Below are positions 35,339-44,375 of a stretch of DNA of 64,000 nucleotides, in pieces. The notes beneath the pieces were generated by a model, which was not told where the DNA came from, did not search any database, and worked only from the letters and a program-made list of their open reading frames with translations. The translations under genes and the position numbers were made by a program. Each line of letters begins with the position of its first letter. Positions within the stretch are counted from its first letter, which is position 1. The DNA is taken from the NCBI GenBank assembly GCA_964634465.1, contig CAZWLY010000001.1, positions 195,967 through 259,966 on the forward strand, in the 5' to 3' direction. This DNA comes from an uncultured Thermodesulfobacteriota bacterium. GTDB taxonomy: Bacteria; Desulfobacterota; Desulfarculia; G963662305.

Positions 35339-36433
35339 CTAACCGTTCTCCCTCAGCTTCTTGCCGAGTCTTTCGGCCCGGCGCAGGACCACCAGGGCGT
35401 CGGCTCCGGAGACCGGGGCCTGAGGATCGAACCGGGTCCACGAGATGCGCTCCATCAGTTGCCAGTCCAGAGCCCGGCTGATGGCCAGGGCGTACTCCTC
35501 GTTCTCCGGCAGGTCCTTCAAGCCGACGGCCGTCGAGCCGCTGAGCAGATTCTTGCGGCCGGAAAGGGCCTGGACCACGCCCATGGCCACCAGGGCCAGG
35601 TCTTGGCGCTTGACGTACATCGGCGGGATGAACTGGGCGCCGCCCTGCAGGGGGAAGCCCGGCAGCTTGGAGGCGATGACGATGTTGATCGCCTTGGCCT
35701 GGGGCAGATCGGGCCGGATGTCGGCGGCCAAGGGCTTTTCGGGCGGCGGCGGCCAGTCGAGGTCGATCTCGGCCACCAGCGCCGCGGCCATCTCGGCCCG
35801 GTTGATGATTCTAATCAGCGCCGTGCGGCGGCCCAGCTCCGTCCTGGGCGCGGCCTCGAGGACCTTGTCGCACAACTCCACCCCGGCCCGGGCCAGGAAG
35901 GCCTGGCTGTCGTCGCCGGCGGCCACCTGGGCGAAACGGACCCGGGCCAGGTCGAAGCGCAGGGCCTTGAGGTAGGACAGGGCCAGGATGTAGGTCGCCC
36001 GGGTGGCCAGGGGGGCGATGCTGGTCGCGCGGGCGTAGGCGGCCTCGACCCGGTACAGCCAGCCCGGCTCGGTCTCGGCCATGTTGAGCTCCATGACGGC
36101 CACTTCCAGTTGGGCCCGCTCCCAATCCTCCTTGGCCAGTTCGGCGGCCCGCTTCAACAACCGGCGGGCCTGGTCGAATTTTCCGTTCCGGGCGGCGACG
36201 ATGCTCTGGCCGACGTAGGCCCCGGCGTAATTGGGATTGAGCGCCTGGGCGGCCTCGAATTCCCGCCCGGCGTCGGCCAGTTTGCCGGCGTCGACCAGTT
36301 GCATCCCGTTGGAGACGTGCTGGGCCGGGGTGTCCAGAAGCACCTGCCGCGGCCCCTCCCGGGCGGCGCAACCGGCCGTCGCCAGGGCGATGATCAGCAC
36401 TCCGGCCAGCCAGCTAGCCCGTCTCATCGTCAT
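35339..36433 (-). CDS. TPR-repeat lipoprotein with an SLH-like C-terminal region
   Basis: Start chosen at ATG 36433 (MTMRRASWLAGVLIIALATAGC, a lipobox). TPR-like helices (AGREFEAAQALNPNYAGAYVGQSIVAARNGKFDQARRLLKRA). The C-terminal segments INRAEMAAALV and VKRQDLALVAMGVV resemble SLH motifs. Overlaps the miaA 3' end by 20 nt. Confidence 0.65.
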   Translation of the reverse strand: MTMRRASWLAGVLIIALATAGCAAREGPRQVLLDTPAQHVSNGMQLVDAGKLADAGREFEAAQALNPNYAGAYVGQSIVAARNGKFDQARRLLKRAAELAKEDWERAQLEVAVMELNMAETEPGWLYRVEAAYARATSIAPLATRATYILALSYLKALRFDLARVRFAQVAAGDDSQAFLARAGVELCDKVLEAAPRTELGRRTALIRIINRAEMAAALVAEIDLDWPPPPEKPLAADIRPDLPQAKAINIVIASKLPGFPLQGGAQFIPPMYVKRQDLALVAMGVVQALSGRKNLLSGSTAVGLKDLPENEEYALAISRALDWQLMERISWTRFDPQAPVSGADALVVLRRAERLGKKLRENG

Positions 36434-37349
36434 CTTCCCAAAACCTCTTGGCCCGCTCGACAAAGGCGTCGATGTCATCCGGTTGGAGCCATAATATATC
36501 GGGATCGGCCTTAAACCAAGTCATTTGGCGTTTGGCCAGCCGGCGGGTGTCGCGGACGATCAGCCTGACCGCCTCGTCCCGGTCGATCTCGCCAGCCAGA
36601 TAGGCGGCGATCTCCTTGTAGCCGATGGCCTGCATCGGCTTGGCGCTCCGCTCGACCCCGGCCTCGATGAGCCCGACCACCTCGTCGATCAGGCCGCTGG
36701 ACAGCATCGCCTCGGTCCGGGCGGCGATGCGTTCGTGCAGCCCGGCCCGGTCCACGGCCAGCCCCAGCTTCAAGGCCCGGTAGCGGGCCTCCTTGAACTC
36801 GTGCTCGGCCGTCAGCTCGCTCATCGGCCGGCCGGTCTGGTGATATATCTCCAGCGCCCTGGCCACCCGGACCAGGTCGTTGACCTCGAGCCTGGCCGCC
36901 GAGGCCGGGTCCACTTCGGCCAGACGGCGATGGCTGGCCTCGGGATCGGCCTCGGCCTGGGCCATCAGTCTCCGGCGCAGGTCGTGGTCCACCGGTGGGG
37001 CCGGGAAGAGGCCGTGGAGAAGGGCCTTGAGGTAGAGCCCGGTTCCGCCGGCGACGATGGGTCTTTTGCCCCGGCCGACGATGTCCTCGATCGCCGCCTC
37101 GGCCAGCTCGGCGAACCGGGCGGCGTTGAACTCCTGGTCGGGATCGACGACGTCGATCAGGTGATGCCGAACCCGGGCCTGCTCCTCGGCGTTCGGCTTG
37201 GCCGCGCCGATGTCGAAACCGCGATAGACCGCCACCGCGTCGGCCGAGATGATCTCGCCGCCTGTCGCCTCGGCCACGGCCAGGGCGACGGCCGTCTTGC
37301 CGGCCGCGGTCGGGCCGACGATGGCCACCAGTTTGGGCCGGGCGCTCAT
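36414..37349 (-). CDS. miaA: tRNA dimethylallyltransferase
   Basis: 311-aa ORF with a P-loop (GPTAAGKTA), DAVAVYRGFDIGAAKP, HHLIDV and AKRQMTWF. Confidence 0.93.
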   Translation of the reverse strand: MSARPKLVAIVGPTAAGKTAVALAVAEATGGEIISADAVAVYRGFDIGAAKPNAEEQARVRHHLIDVVDPDQEFNAARFAELAEAAIEDIVGRGKRPIVAGGTGLYLKALLHGLFPAPPVDHDLRRRLMAQAEADPEASHRRLAEVDPASAARLEVNDLVRVARALEIYHQTGRPMSELTAEHEFKEARYRALKLGLAVDRAGLHERIAARTEAMLSSGLIDEVVGLIEAGVERSAKPMQAIGYKEIAAYLAGEIDRDEAVRLIVRDTRRLAKRQMTWFKADPDILWLQPDDIDAFVERAKRFWEDDDETG

Positions 37350-39106
37350 CGCCGCTTGAACCCCGCCTCGATTTCGTTGCGGCTCAGCCTTCTCAAGATC
37401 GGCCGGCCGTGGGGACAGGTCAGCGGGCCGGGCAGGGCCTCGAGGTCGGCCAGGAGCCGATCTACCTCGGCCGGCGCGAGCTCCTGGCCGGCTTTTACCG
37501 CCGCCTGGCAGGCCAGGGAGGCCAGGGCGCGGGTCAAGGCTTCGCCGTTGGCGGAGGAGCGCTCGGCGGCCAGTTCGTCGGCCAGGCCGGTCACCAGCCC
37601 GATCGGATCGCCTCCGGCCAGGACGGCGGGCAGAGACTTGACGATGAAGGTTCGACCGTCCGGCCCGAAGGGCTCCACCTCCAGCCCCAAGCGGGCCAGC
37701 TCCTCCAGGGCGCCTGTCAGGGCCTCGGCCGCCAGCGGCGGCAGAACCACCCGTTCGGGCATCAACAGCGGCTGGCCCTGGCCGGGCGAGGCCTTGAGCC
37801 GCTCGAAGATGATCCGTTCGTGGGCGGCGTGCTGGTCGATCAGGACCAGGTCCTCGCCCGACTGGCCGACCAGATAGACGCCGCCGTAGGGGCCCAGGTA
37901 GCGGAAATCGAGGCCACCGGCCGACTCAGGTGCGGCCCCCGACTCCTCGGCGGGCGGAGGCTTCGGGCTGGCCGGAGCCGGCCGGAGGGCGGCGGGCTCG
38001 CTCCCCGCCGGGCCGTAGCGCGCCGCCGGCTCGGCGAATCTCAGGTCGGGAGCCGTCCAGGCGGGCCGGAAGCGTTCGGCCGGGGTTGAGCCGGTTGGGC
38101 CGGTCCAGATGAAGCGCTCCTCGGCCGTCAGGGCCTCGGACACGGCCCGGCGTACGGCCTGGTGGATGGCCTGGGCGTGGTGGAAGCGGACCTCCAGCTT
38201 GGCCGGGTGGACGTTGACGTCCACCGTACCCGGCTCCAGGTCCAGAAAGAGGATCGCCGTCGGGTAGCGGCCCCTTTCCAGCCGGCCCTGGTAGCCGGCC
38301 GTGAGCGCGGCCAGGACGACGCGATCCTTGATGAAGCGGCGGTTGACAAAGGTGTAGACGTTCCTGGCGGTCGTCTTGCTCGCCTCGGGCGGGGAGATCC
38401 AGCCGGTGACCCGAACCGCCGGATGGTCTTCCTCCAGGCGCAACAGTCCGGCCGCCGCCTCCGGGCCGAATATTTCGGCCAGGCGGTCCTCCTGGCGCTC
38501 CACCGGGAGGAGGGTGATCACCGGCCGGCCGTCGTCGATGAGCTCGAAATAGACGTCCGGTCTGGCCAGGGCCAGGCGGACGACCGCCTCCTTGATCCAG
38601 GCTGTCTCGGTCCGCTCGGTCTTGAGAAACTTCAGTCGGGCCGGGGTGTTGAAGAAGAGGTCCTCGACCCGGACCGTCGTTCCCGGCGGCGCTCCGACCT
38701 GACCCGACTCGCCCTCCAGGCCGCCTTCGAGGGTGATCCTGAAGCCCGCTTCGGCCCAGAGCGGTCGAGTGGTCAGGGTGAACCTGGAAACCGAGGCCAC
38801 GGCCGGCAGCGCTTCGCCCCGGAAGCCCATCGTCTTGACCCGAAAGAGGTCGGCCTCGTCGGTGACCTTGGAGGTGGCGTGGCGTTTCAAGGCCAGGCGG
38901 GCGTCCGCCGGGTCCATGCCCGTCCCGTTGTCCCTGACCGAGATCGATTTCAGGCCGCCGCCCGAGATGCTGATCGTTATCCGGTCCGCTCCGGCGTCGA
39001 GCGAGTTTTCGACGAGCTCCTTGACCACCGAGGCCGGCCGCTCCACCACCTCGCCGGCGGCGATCTTGTCGGACAGCTCGGGCGGCAGGAGGCGGACGTT
39101 GGGCAA
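37346..39106 (-). CDS. mutL: DNA mismatch repair protein MutL
   Basis: 586-aa ORF with a GHKL ATPase N-terminus (IAAGEVVERPASVVKELVENSLDAGA, DNGTGM, GFRGEAL) and a C-terminal dimerisation/endonuclease region (DQHAAHERI, CPHGRP). A 4-nt overlap with miaA. Confidence 0.93.
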   Translation of the reverse strand: MPNVRLLPPELSDKIAAGEVVERPASVVKELVENSLDAGADRITISISGGGLKSISVRDNGTGMDPADARLALKRHATSKVTDEADLFRVKTMGFRGEALPAVASVSRFTLTTRPLWAEAGFRITLEGGLEGESGQVGAPPGTTVRVEDLFFNTPARLKFLKTERTETAWIKEAVVRLALARPDVYFELIDDGRPVITLLPVERQEDRLAEIFGPEAAAGLLRLEEDHPAVRVTGWISPPEASKTTARNVYTFVNRRFIKDRVVLAALTAGYQGRLERGRYPTAILFLDLEPGTVDVNVHPAKLEVRFHHAQAIHQAVRRAVSEALTAEERFIWTGPTGSTPAERFRPAWTAPDLRFAEPAARYGPAGSEPAALRPAPASPKPPPAEESGAAPESAGGLDFRYLGPYGGVYLVGQSGEDLVLIDQHAAHERIIFERLKASPGQGQPLLMPERVVLPPLAAEALTGALEELARLGLEVEPFGPDGRTFIVKSLPAVLAGGDPIGLVTGLADELAAERSSANGEALTRALASLACQAAVKAGQELAPAEVDRLLADLEALPGPLTCPHGRPILRRLSRNEIEAGFKRR

Positions 39107-39109
39107 GGC

Positions 39110-39910
39110 TTAGCCTCCTGTTTCGGCTACCGGGTCGGTGAAGCTGCAGGGCAGGATCATGGCGCACTTGGCGCAGACGTGGGTCGTCTCGGGCAGTCCC
39201 ACCATCTCCGAACGGCGGGCTTGGTTGACCAGGAGTCGTTGCCAGCACCGGCTCCGATCGAGCCCCTCGGCGCTCAGCGCGCCCACCGGGCAGCGGGTCA
39301 CGCATTCGAGGCACTCCCGGCCGGCCTTGTGCAGACAGGCCGCCTTGGCGTTGGTCAGCGGGCTGTCGCCCAGTTCGGCGCTGGTCACCAGACTGCCCAA
39401 CCGGCCGACGCAGCCGGCCGGGGTGATGAGTTGGGAGTTGTGGCCGAAGCGGCCCAGGCCGACCAGATGGCTCAGGTGCTTGTGGGACCACCGGCTGGTC
39501 AAGGTGGACTTGTCGAAGTTGTGGGTGGCCGGGGTGAGGGCGGACTCGTAGCCCCGCTGGCGCAAGTAGGATTCTATGGCCTTGCACAGCCGGCCGATCA
39601 GCTCGTTGGTATCGACGTAGGCCCGGCCCCAGTTGCGGCAGGGGAACTTGCCCTCGGCGTTCTCTTCGGCCAATTCGCGCACGAAGGGAATGAAGAAAAC
39701 GATCACCGTTCGGGCCGAGGGCAAAAGATCGTAGGGCAGAACGTGGTTGGGGGCGGCGATGTAGGGCAGGGCCTCGAAGCGCAAGTCGGCCCTGGCCGTG
39801 GCCAAAAGGGGCTCGCGCCACCAGTCGCGGACCCCGGTTTCGGCCGGGTAGGCGGCTACGAACTCCTTGACGAAACTCCTCAGGTCGTCGGGCGTCACCG
39901 GCTCAGCCAT
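39110..39910 (-). CDS. QueG/reductive-dehalogenase-like Fe-S protein (short)
   Basis: Trimmed to ATG 39910 (GGAGGAGTG upstream). The Cys pattern C..AGRECLECVTRCPVGA ... CWQ ... CAKCAMILPC resembles the 4Fe-4S region of the epoxyqueuosine reductase family. It is shorter than canonical QueG. Confidence 0.5.
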   Translation of the reverse strand: MAEPVTPDDLRSFVKEFVAAYPAETGVRDWWREPLLATARADLRFEALPYIAAPNHVLPYDLLPSARTVIVFFIPFVRELAEENAEGKFPCRNWGRAYVDTNELIGRLCKAIESYLRQRGYESALTPATHNFDKSTLTSRWSHKHLSHLVGLGRFGHNSQLITPAGCVGRLGSLVTSAELGDSPLTNAKAACLHKAGRECLECVTRCPVGALSAEGLDRSRCWQRLLVNQARRSEMVGLPETTHVCAKCAMILPCSFTDPVAETGG

Positions 39911-40011
39911 CACTCCTCCGGAGCTCGATTTGGGCCCGATCAATCTATCACACCGCCCAGGCGGCCACAAGATATTGTAGCCCGGCGCTCAGCCGGCCGA
40001 AGGCGGGGCGC

Positions 40012-40440
40012 TCAGTCGATCAGGACCAACGTTTCGAGCACCCGCCAGCCGGTGTAGATCTGGGACAGGGACAGGCCGAGCAGGATCGTGTCGGCCAGGC
40101 CGTGGCCGAGGGGCAGCGCCCGGCGGCGGCGCTTGTTGCGGTCCATGTACCAGCCCGAAACCAGGCCGAAGACGATCAAGGGCAGCATGGCCGCGGCCGT
40201 CTTCCAGTGTCCCGGCGTGAAAAAAATAGATCCCCCATTCAAGCCGGGCCGCGCCCAGCCCGGCCCCGAAACCGGTCAGCCAGAAACCATGACCGCCGTC
40301 CCGAGAAACACGTGACGCCGCCAGGGGAAGGCCGACGGCCGGCCCAGGAGGGTCGAGCGGAGGCGCAGCCCGCCCAGATAGAGGACGTAGACGGCGGCCA
40401 GATTGGTGATGAGCATCAGACTGGGATGGATGAACAACAT
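40012..40440 (-). pseudogene. DUF4079-like small membrane-protein gene interrupted by a single in-frame TGA (40276-40278)
   Basis: ATG 40440 opens MLFIHPSLMLITNLAAVYVLYLGGLRLRSTLLGRPSAFPWRRHVFLGTAVMVSG, followed by TGA. The same frame then continues PVSGPGWARPGLNGGSIFFTPGHWKTAAAMLPLIVFGLVSGWYMDRNKRRR...VLID (ORF-track 40012..40242). Both start coordinates are multiples of 3, confirming a shared frame. Confidence 0.4.
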
Positions 40441-40743
40441 GGTCGCCAGACCCCTGATTTTGGCGAGGCGGGCGGGGTCGCTCCAAGTTTTTCAAGCTCC
40501 GCCCGCCGCCCCGGTCAACCGAGCCCAGTTTCAAAGTATAGACCATTTCCGGGCTGCCGCTCCACGGACGGGCCGCCGGCCGCGGAAAAATCGGCCATTT
40601 TGCCGCCCCGGTCGTTATCAGGCCCCGGATACACGCTTGGCGGTCGGGTGATTGTCGGGTAATCATGGGGTTGGGCCCGGGAGAGTTCTGGAGCGAGGCA
40701 GGCAAGCCTGGTCGCGACCAGACGATCGCCTCCTGAAGATTGA

Positions 40744-40854
40744 CCCCCCAGGGGGGCATTTCCCACGGGGGATTCATTCCCCGCCGCTTGCGGCGAAAAA
40801 GAACGATGCCGCATTCGCCGCCGATACCCCGCCGCAAGCGACGGCGTTGTTCAT
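40744..40854 (+). repeat. Dispersed modular palindromic repeat, copy C
   Basis: ccccaggggggcatttcccacgggggattcattcccc followed by the core gccgcttgcggcgaaaaagaacgatgccgcattcgccgccgataccccgccgcaagcgacggcgttgttcat. Intergenic. Confidence 0.8.
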
Positions 40855-40911
40855 CAAGTTTCGAGGCGGAGATGGCGAACGGCGGCCTGTATCGCTGGCG
40901 CCCTATCCGGG

Positions 40912-41388
40912 CTAGCCGTCCTTGCGGGCCCAGTCGTAGGGGACGTGGTTGTCGTGGGCGTCGAGGCGGTACTCGTCGGGCTGGGCGTAGTTGTAGGGCT
41001 CGGTGACGGTGTTGACGATCAACGCTTCCTCCACCGAGACGCATTTCCAGCCGTGGTAGACGCCCGGCGGCACCTGGACCAGCAGCGGGTTGTCCCGGCC
41101 GAGGTAGAACTCATCGACCTTGCCCCGGCTGGGCGATCCCTCCCGGTCGTCGAAGACGGCCAGCTTGATCGTCCCCAGGACGCAGCAGATGTTGTCGGTC
41201 TGGATTTTGTGCAGGTGCCAGGCCTTGACCACGCCGGGCAGGGTGGTGGTCAGGTAGACCTGACCGAATTTTTCGAAGAGCTCGTCGTCGGCCCGAAGGA
41301 TTTCCATCAGCCGGCCGCGCTCGTCGGGGATGACCTTCAACTCTTTGACCTTGACGCCGTGGACGGAAGGTTGTTTATAACTGGCCAT
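40912..41388 (-). CDS. dTDP-4-dehydrorhamnose 3,5-epimerase-family cupin (short RmlC-like)
   Basis: Trimmed to ATG 41388 (MASYKQPSVHGVKVKELKVIPDERGRLMEI...). Contains VKAWHLHKIQTD, PPGVYHGWK and YAQPDEYRL. Confidence 0.75.
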   Translation of the reverse strand: MASYKQPSVHGVKVKELKVIPDERGRLMEILRADDELFEKFGQVYLTTTLPGVVKAWHLHKIQTDNICCVLGTIKLAVFDDREGSPSRGKVDEFYLGRDNPLLVQVPPGVYHGWKCVSVEEALIVNTVTEPYNYAQPDEYRLDAHDNHVPYDWARKDG

Positions 41389-41452
41389 GGCTTGTAGATA
41401 GCCCACCAAACCGGGCCGTGTCAACAGCGGCCCGGCCGAGGAGAGTGGAACC

Positions 41453-41857
41453 GTGAACGAAGTGGACTTCATCGAGGCCAAGGAGGCCTTCCAGGATTCG
41501 GTCAAGGGCTGGGCCTTCTTTCCGTTTCACGCCGAGGCGATGCCCTTTGACAAGGTGGACGGGACCACCTTTCACGTGGTCAAGTCCCTTCCCGGCGAAA
41601 TCCGGGGCAACCACCTCCACCCGGGCGTGGAGGAGTGGCTGCACGTCTTCGGCAACCCATCGGTCTTCTACTGGCGCGCGGCGGACGGCGAGACGAAAAA
41701 GCGTGTGATCGACAATGAGTACACCATCATCCGCATCTCGCCGGGTGTGCCCCACGCCCTCCAGAACCCCGGTCCGGGCGACGTCTACCTGGTCGCCTTC
41801 AGGACCGAGCAGCCCGAGGCCGACATGGCCGCGGCCGAGCCGGCGGAGATAGTTTGA
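41453..41857 (+). CDS. Cupin-fold protein (sugar-epimerase-like)
   Basis: 134-aa ORF with a GTG start. Cupin His motif GEIRGNHLHPGVEEWLHVFG ... ISPGVPHALQN. Divergent from the RmlC-like gene. Confidence 0.5.
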   Translation: MNEVDFIEAKEAFQDSVKGWAFFPFHAEAMPFDKVDGTTFHVVKSLPGEIRGNHLHPGVEEWLHVFGNPSVFYWRAADGETKKRVIDNEYTIIRISPGVPHALQNPGPGDVYLVAFRTEQPEADMAAAEPAEIV

Positions 41858-42546
41858 GCGCCGGGACGACCCCGACCGAGGTCCAAGCCCTGTTCGATCG
41901 GGTCGCGCCGGCCTACGACCTCCTGAACCGGCTCCTGTCGCTGAGGAGGGACGTCTTCTGGCGCGAGGCGGCCGCCCGCCTGGCTCGTCCGGCGGTCGAA
42001 GGTCCGATTCTCGATCTGGCCTGCGGGACGCTGGACTTGAGCCTGGAGCTGGCCCGTCGCCATCCGGACCGAAGGATCGTCGGGGTCGATTTCAGCCTGG
42101 GGATGCTGCACGCCGGGCGCTCCAAGCTCGCCGCCGAGAGCCGAATAGCCGCCGTGGCCGGAGACGGGACCCGGCTGCCCTTCGCCGACGGCGCCTTTGC
42201 CGGGGCGACGATCGCCTTCGGCATCCGCAACATACCCGACCGGGCCCAGGCCCTGGCCGAGCTGGGCCGGGTGATCAAGCCGGGCGGGCGGCTGGTCGTC
42301 CTGGAATTCGGCGTGCCCACGGGGTTTTTCAGGCGGATATACCTCGCCTACCTGACCCGGATTCTGCCCCTCCTGGCCGGGCTGCTTTCGCCCGATCCGG
42401 CCGCCTACGTCTACCTGGGACGATCCATCCTGGAATTCCCGACGCCGGCCGAGTTCTCGGCCCTGATGGAGCGGGCCGGTTTCATCGCCCGGACCATGCC
42501 GCTCAATCGCGGCGTCTGCTACCTCTTCATCGGCGACCGGACGTGA
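41854..42546 (+). CDS. ubiE: Demethylmenaquinone/ubiquinone C-methyltransferase
   Basis: 230-aa ORF (FDRVAPAYDLLNRLLSLRRDVFWR, SAM motif ILDLACGT, FGIRNIPD, LVVLEF, YLGRSILEFP). Confidence 0.9.
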   Translation: MSAGTTPTEVQALFDRVAPAYDLLNRLLSLRRDVFWREAAARLARPAVEGPILDLACGTLDLSLELARRHPDRRIVGVDFSLGMLHAGRSKLAAESRIAAVAGDGTRLPFADGAFAGATIAFGIRNIPDRAQALAELGRVIKPGGRLVVLEFGVPTGFFRRIYLAYLTRILPLLAGLLSPDPAAYVYLGRSILEFPTPAEFSALMERAGFIARTMPLNRGVCYLFIGDRT

Positions 42547-42651
42547 TCCGGGGCCGGGCCTTGTGAGCGATCGGCCTCGAGGGGCGTCGGAATCGGTCGG
42601 AGAAGTAGAGACGAGGCCCCGGCCGGACGCCGAATCGGGTCTCGGTTGGGC

Positions 42652-42680
42652 GTTGGGGGGCTCTCTTTCAAGCCCCCAAC
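42652..42680. terminator. GC-rich stem-loop between convergent ubiE and the DUF438 gene
   Basis: gttggggg(g)c-tctctttca-gcccccaac, an 8-9 bp stem. No clear T-run on either strand, so terminator function is uncertain. Confidence 0.25.
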
Positions 42681-42689
42681 TCCTCAATC

Positions 42690-44165
42690 TCAATCCAAGA
42701 GCCGCTTTTCGCCCTCGAGCTTCCTGATCTCGGTCAGGTCCTGGCTGACCTCGAGGCAGCCCTTGTAGTTGCCCTCGGCGTCACGCACGGCGAAGTAGCG
42801 AATGTAGATGAACCGGCCGCCCAGCTCGATCCAGAACTCGGCCGTGTCCCGGTCCTTGGACTTGAAGGAGTCCAGGATCTGGTTGACCAGGTGGACGCTT
42901 TTGGGCGGGTGGCAGTTTCTGACCTCCCGACCGATGACGGCCGGGCTGCGGGGGAAGATGCGCTCCGGGCCGTCGGAGTAGTAGGCCACCCGGTCGTTCT
43001 CGTCGACAAAGGTCAGATCGACCGGCAGGTGGGTCAGCATCAGGTTGATCTGCTCCAACGTCAGCCGGCCGGTGTCCAGGCCCAGAACGTCGGCCACGTC
43101 TCTCAGGGCCTCGGCCGGGGCCGGTTCCTCGACCGCCGGCTGCGGCGCGGCCTCGACCTTTTCCGGCCAGCCCGAATCGGGTTCGACCCAGGCGTAGCCG
43201 ATCTCGGGCTCGCCCTCCTTGACCTCGATCCATTCCGCCTCGGAGAGCATGTCCAGGCTGGTCGGGTAGAGGATGTGTTCTTCCTTGTAGATCATCTCCC
43301 GGATGGCCTTGATCGCCTCCTTGAGTGCCGCTGCGGTCTGCTCGGGCTGGGAGCGCTCGAAGGCCTCCCTGGCCGCCTTGAGGTTGGCCCGAATCTCGTC
43401 GTGGATGGCCCACATCACCTGGGACGGTCCGGTGAAGTGGTGGGCCTCCAGGAGAGGAAAGAGCTGGTTCTCCTTTCTGAGATAGTGGACGTTGATCTCG
43501 GCCAGGCGATCGATGAGCCCGCCCAGTTCGTCCTTGTGCTCGGCAAAGGCCTCGTCGCTGGGCGGCGTCCCGAGGCGGCCGAGGACCAGGGAGACGGCGC
43601 TCATGATCTGTTCGGAGGCCCGGTTCTCCTTCATGAAAGTGTGAACCGGATGGCCGGGCGGCGGCTGGGGCAGGTCGTGCTCCTCCAGGGCCTCCTTGAA
43701 CAGTTCGACGTGAACGTCGCACAGCCGTTTGACCTCCTCCACCGGCAGCCCCTCCGCGATGAGCTGCTGCTCCAGCCGGGCGATCTCCGGGGCGTCTACG
43801 CCGTGGATGATCTCCTTGAACCGCTTCTTCAAGACCTCCATGTCCACGTCGGCGTGGAGGTCGCGAATGATCGCCTTGAGAGCCTCCTGGCGGGCCGCGG
43901 GGTCGAGGGCCGGACCGGTTCCGGCCGGGCCCGCCTCCTCGCCGGTCCGGGCCTTGATTTCGGCGGCGATGCCGGAGATCAACCGGTCGAGATCGACTCC
44001 GGCCATGTTCGCCGCCAGCTTCAAGGTGGCCACCTTGCCCATGGTCTTGCGCATGATCGGGTTTTTCAGGTTCTTGAAGTGGGGAGAGACGGTTATCAGG
44101 TAGTCCACCAAAAACGGATAGGCCGTCAACAGCTCGTCGATCTTGGTGTTGGGACTCAGTTCCAT
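42690..44165 (-). CDS. DUF1858/DUF438/hemerythrin-like/PAS multidomain sensor-type protein
   Basis: 491-aa ORF. The N-terminus (IDELLTAYPFLVDYLITVSPHFKNLKNPIMRKTMGK) is DUF1858-like. The middle has HHE-type helices (HPVHTFMKEN, EEHILYP). The C-terminal PAS-like end reads FVDENDRVAYYS...RNCHPPKS...RYFAVRD. Confidence 0.75.
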   Translation of the reverse strand: MELSPNTKIDELLTAYPFLVDYLITVSPHFKNLKNPIMRKTMGKVATLKLAANMAGVDLDRLISGIAAEIKARTGEEAGPAGTGPALDPAARQEALKAIIRDLHADVDMEVLKKRFKEIIHGVDAPEIARLEQQLIAEGLPVEEVKRLCDVHVELFKEALEEHDLPQPPPGHPVHTFMKENRASEQIMSAVSLVLGRLGTPPSDEAFAEHKDELGGLIDRLAEINVHYLRKENQLFPLLEAHHFTGPSQVMWAIHDEIRANLKAAREAFERSQPEQTAAALKEAIKAIREMIYKEEHILYPTSLDMLSEAEWIEVKEGEPEIGYAWVEPDSGWPEKVEAAPQPAVEEPAPAEALRDVADVLGLDTGRLTLEQINLMLTHLPVDLTFVDENDRVAYYSDGPERIFPRSPAVIGREVRNCHPPKSVHLVNQILDSFKSKDRDTAEFWIELGGRFIYIRYFAVRDAEGNYKGCLEVSQDLTEIRKLEGEKRLLD

Positions 44166-44375
44166 GGCTCCATCCCCCTTGAAATCGTCGGCGGCCGACC
44201 GCCGGGTTCACGCCAAAGTCGCCTGGTATGAATATAGTCTATTTTTTATCGCCCTCAAAGCGACCGGCCGGTCGTTCCCGGCGATTCCGGGCCGGGCCGT
44301 CCGGGTTCCGGCCGCCGCCGGAATCCGACGAAAAGGAGTGGGGGGCTTTTACGAGCGGCGCGCACCCCCCGATTC

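Noticed and set aside
37926-40057. Two 631-aa ORFs (37926..39821 minus, 38162..40057 plus) spanning mutL and the QueG-like gene
   Set aside because: They are alternative or antisense frames of well-supported genes. Their extreme Arg/Gly/Pro content and lack of any motif mark them as GC artefacts. The same reasoning discards 735..1856, 5822..6895, 6804..8072, 6928..8226, 11662..13392, 22247..23845, 23985..25280, 33760..35481, 42781..44211, 56015..57322, 57515..59929, 60822..62345 and 60932..63223.
40243-40278. Selenocysteine insertion at the in-frame TGA of the DUF4079-like gene, as the primary explanation
   Set aside because: The hairpin spacing is suggestive, but there is no CxxU/UxxC redox context and the family is not known to me as a selenoprotein. 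GC-rich hairpins are common by chance here. It is kept only as a minor alternative within the finding.
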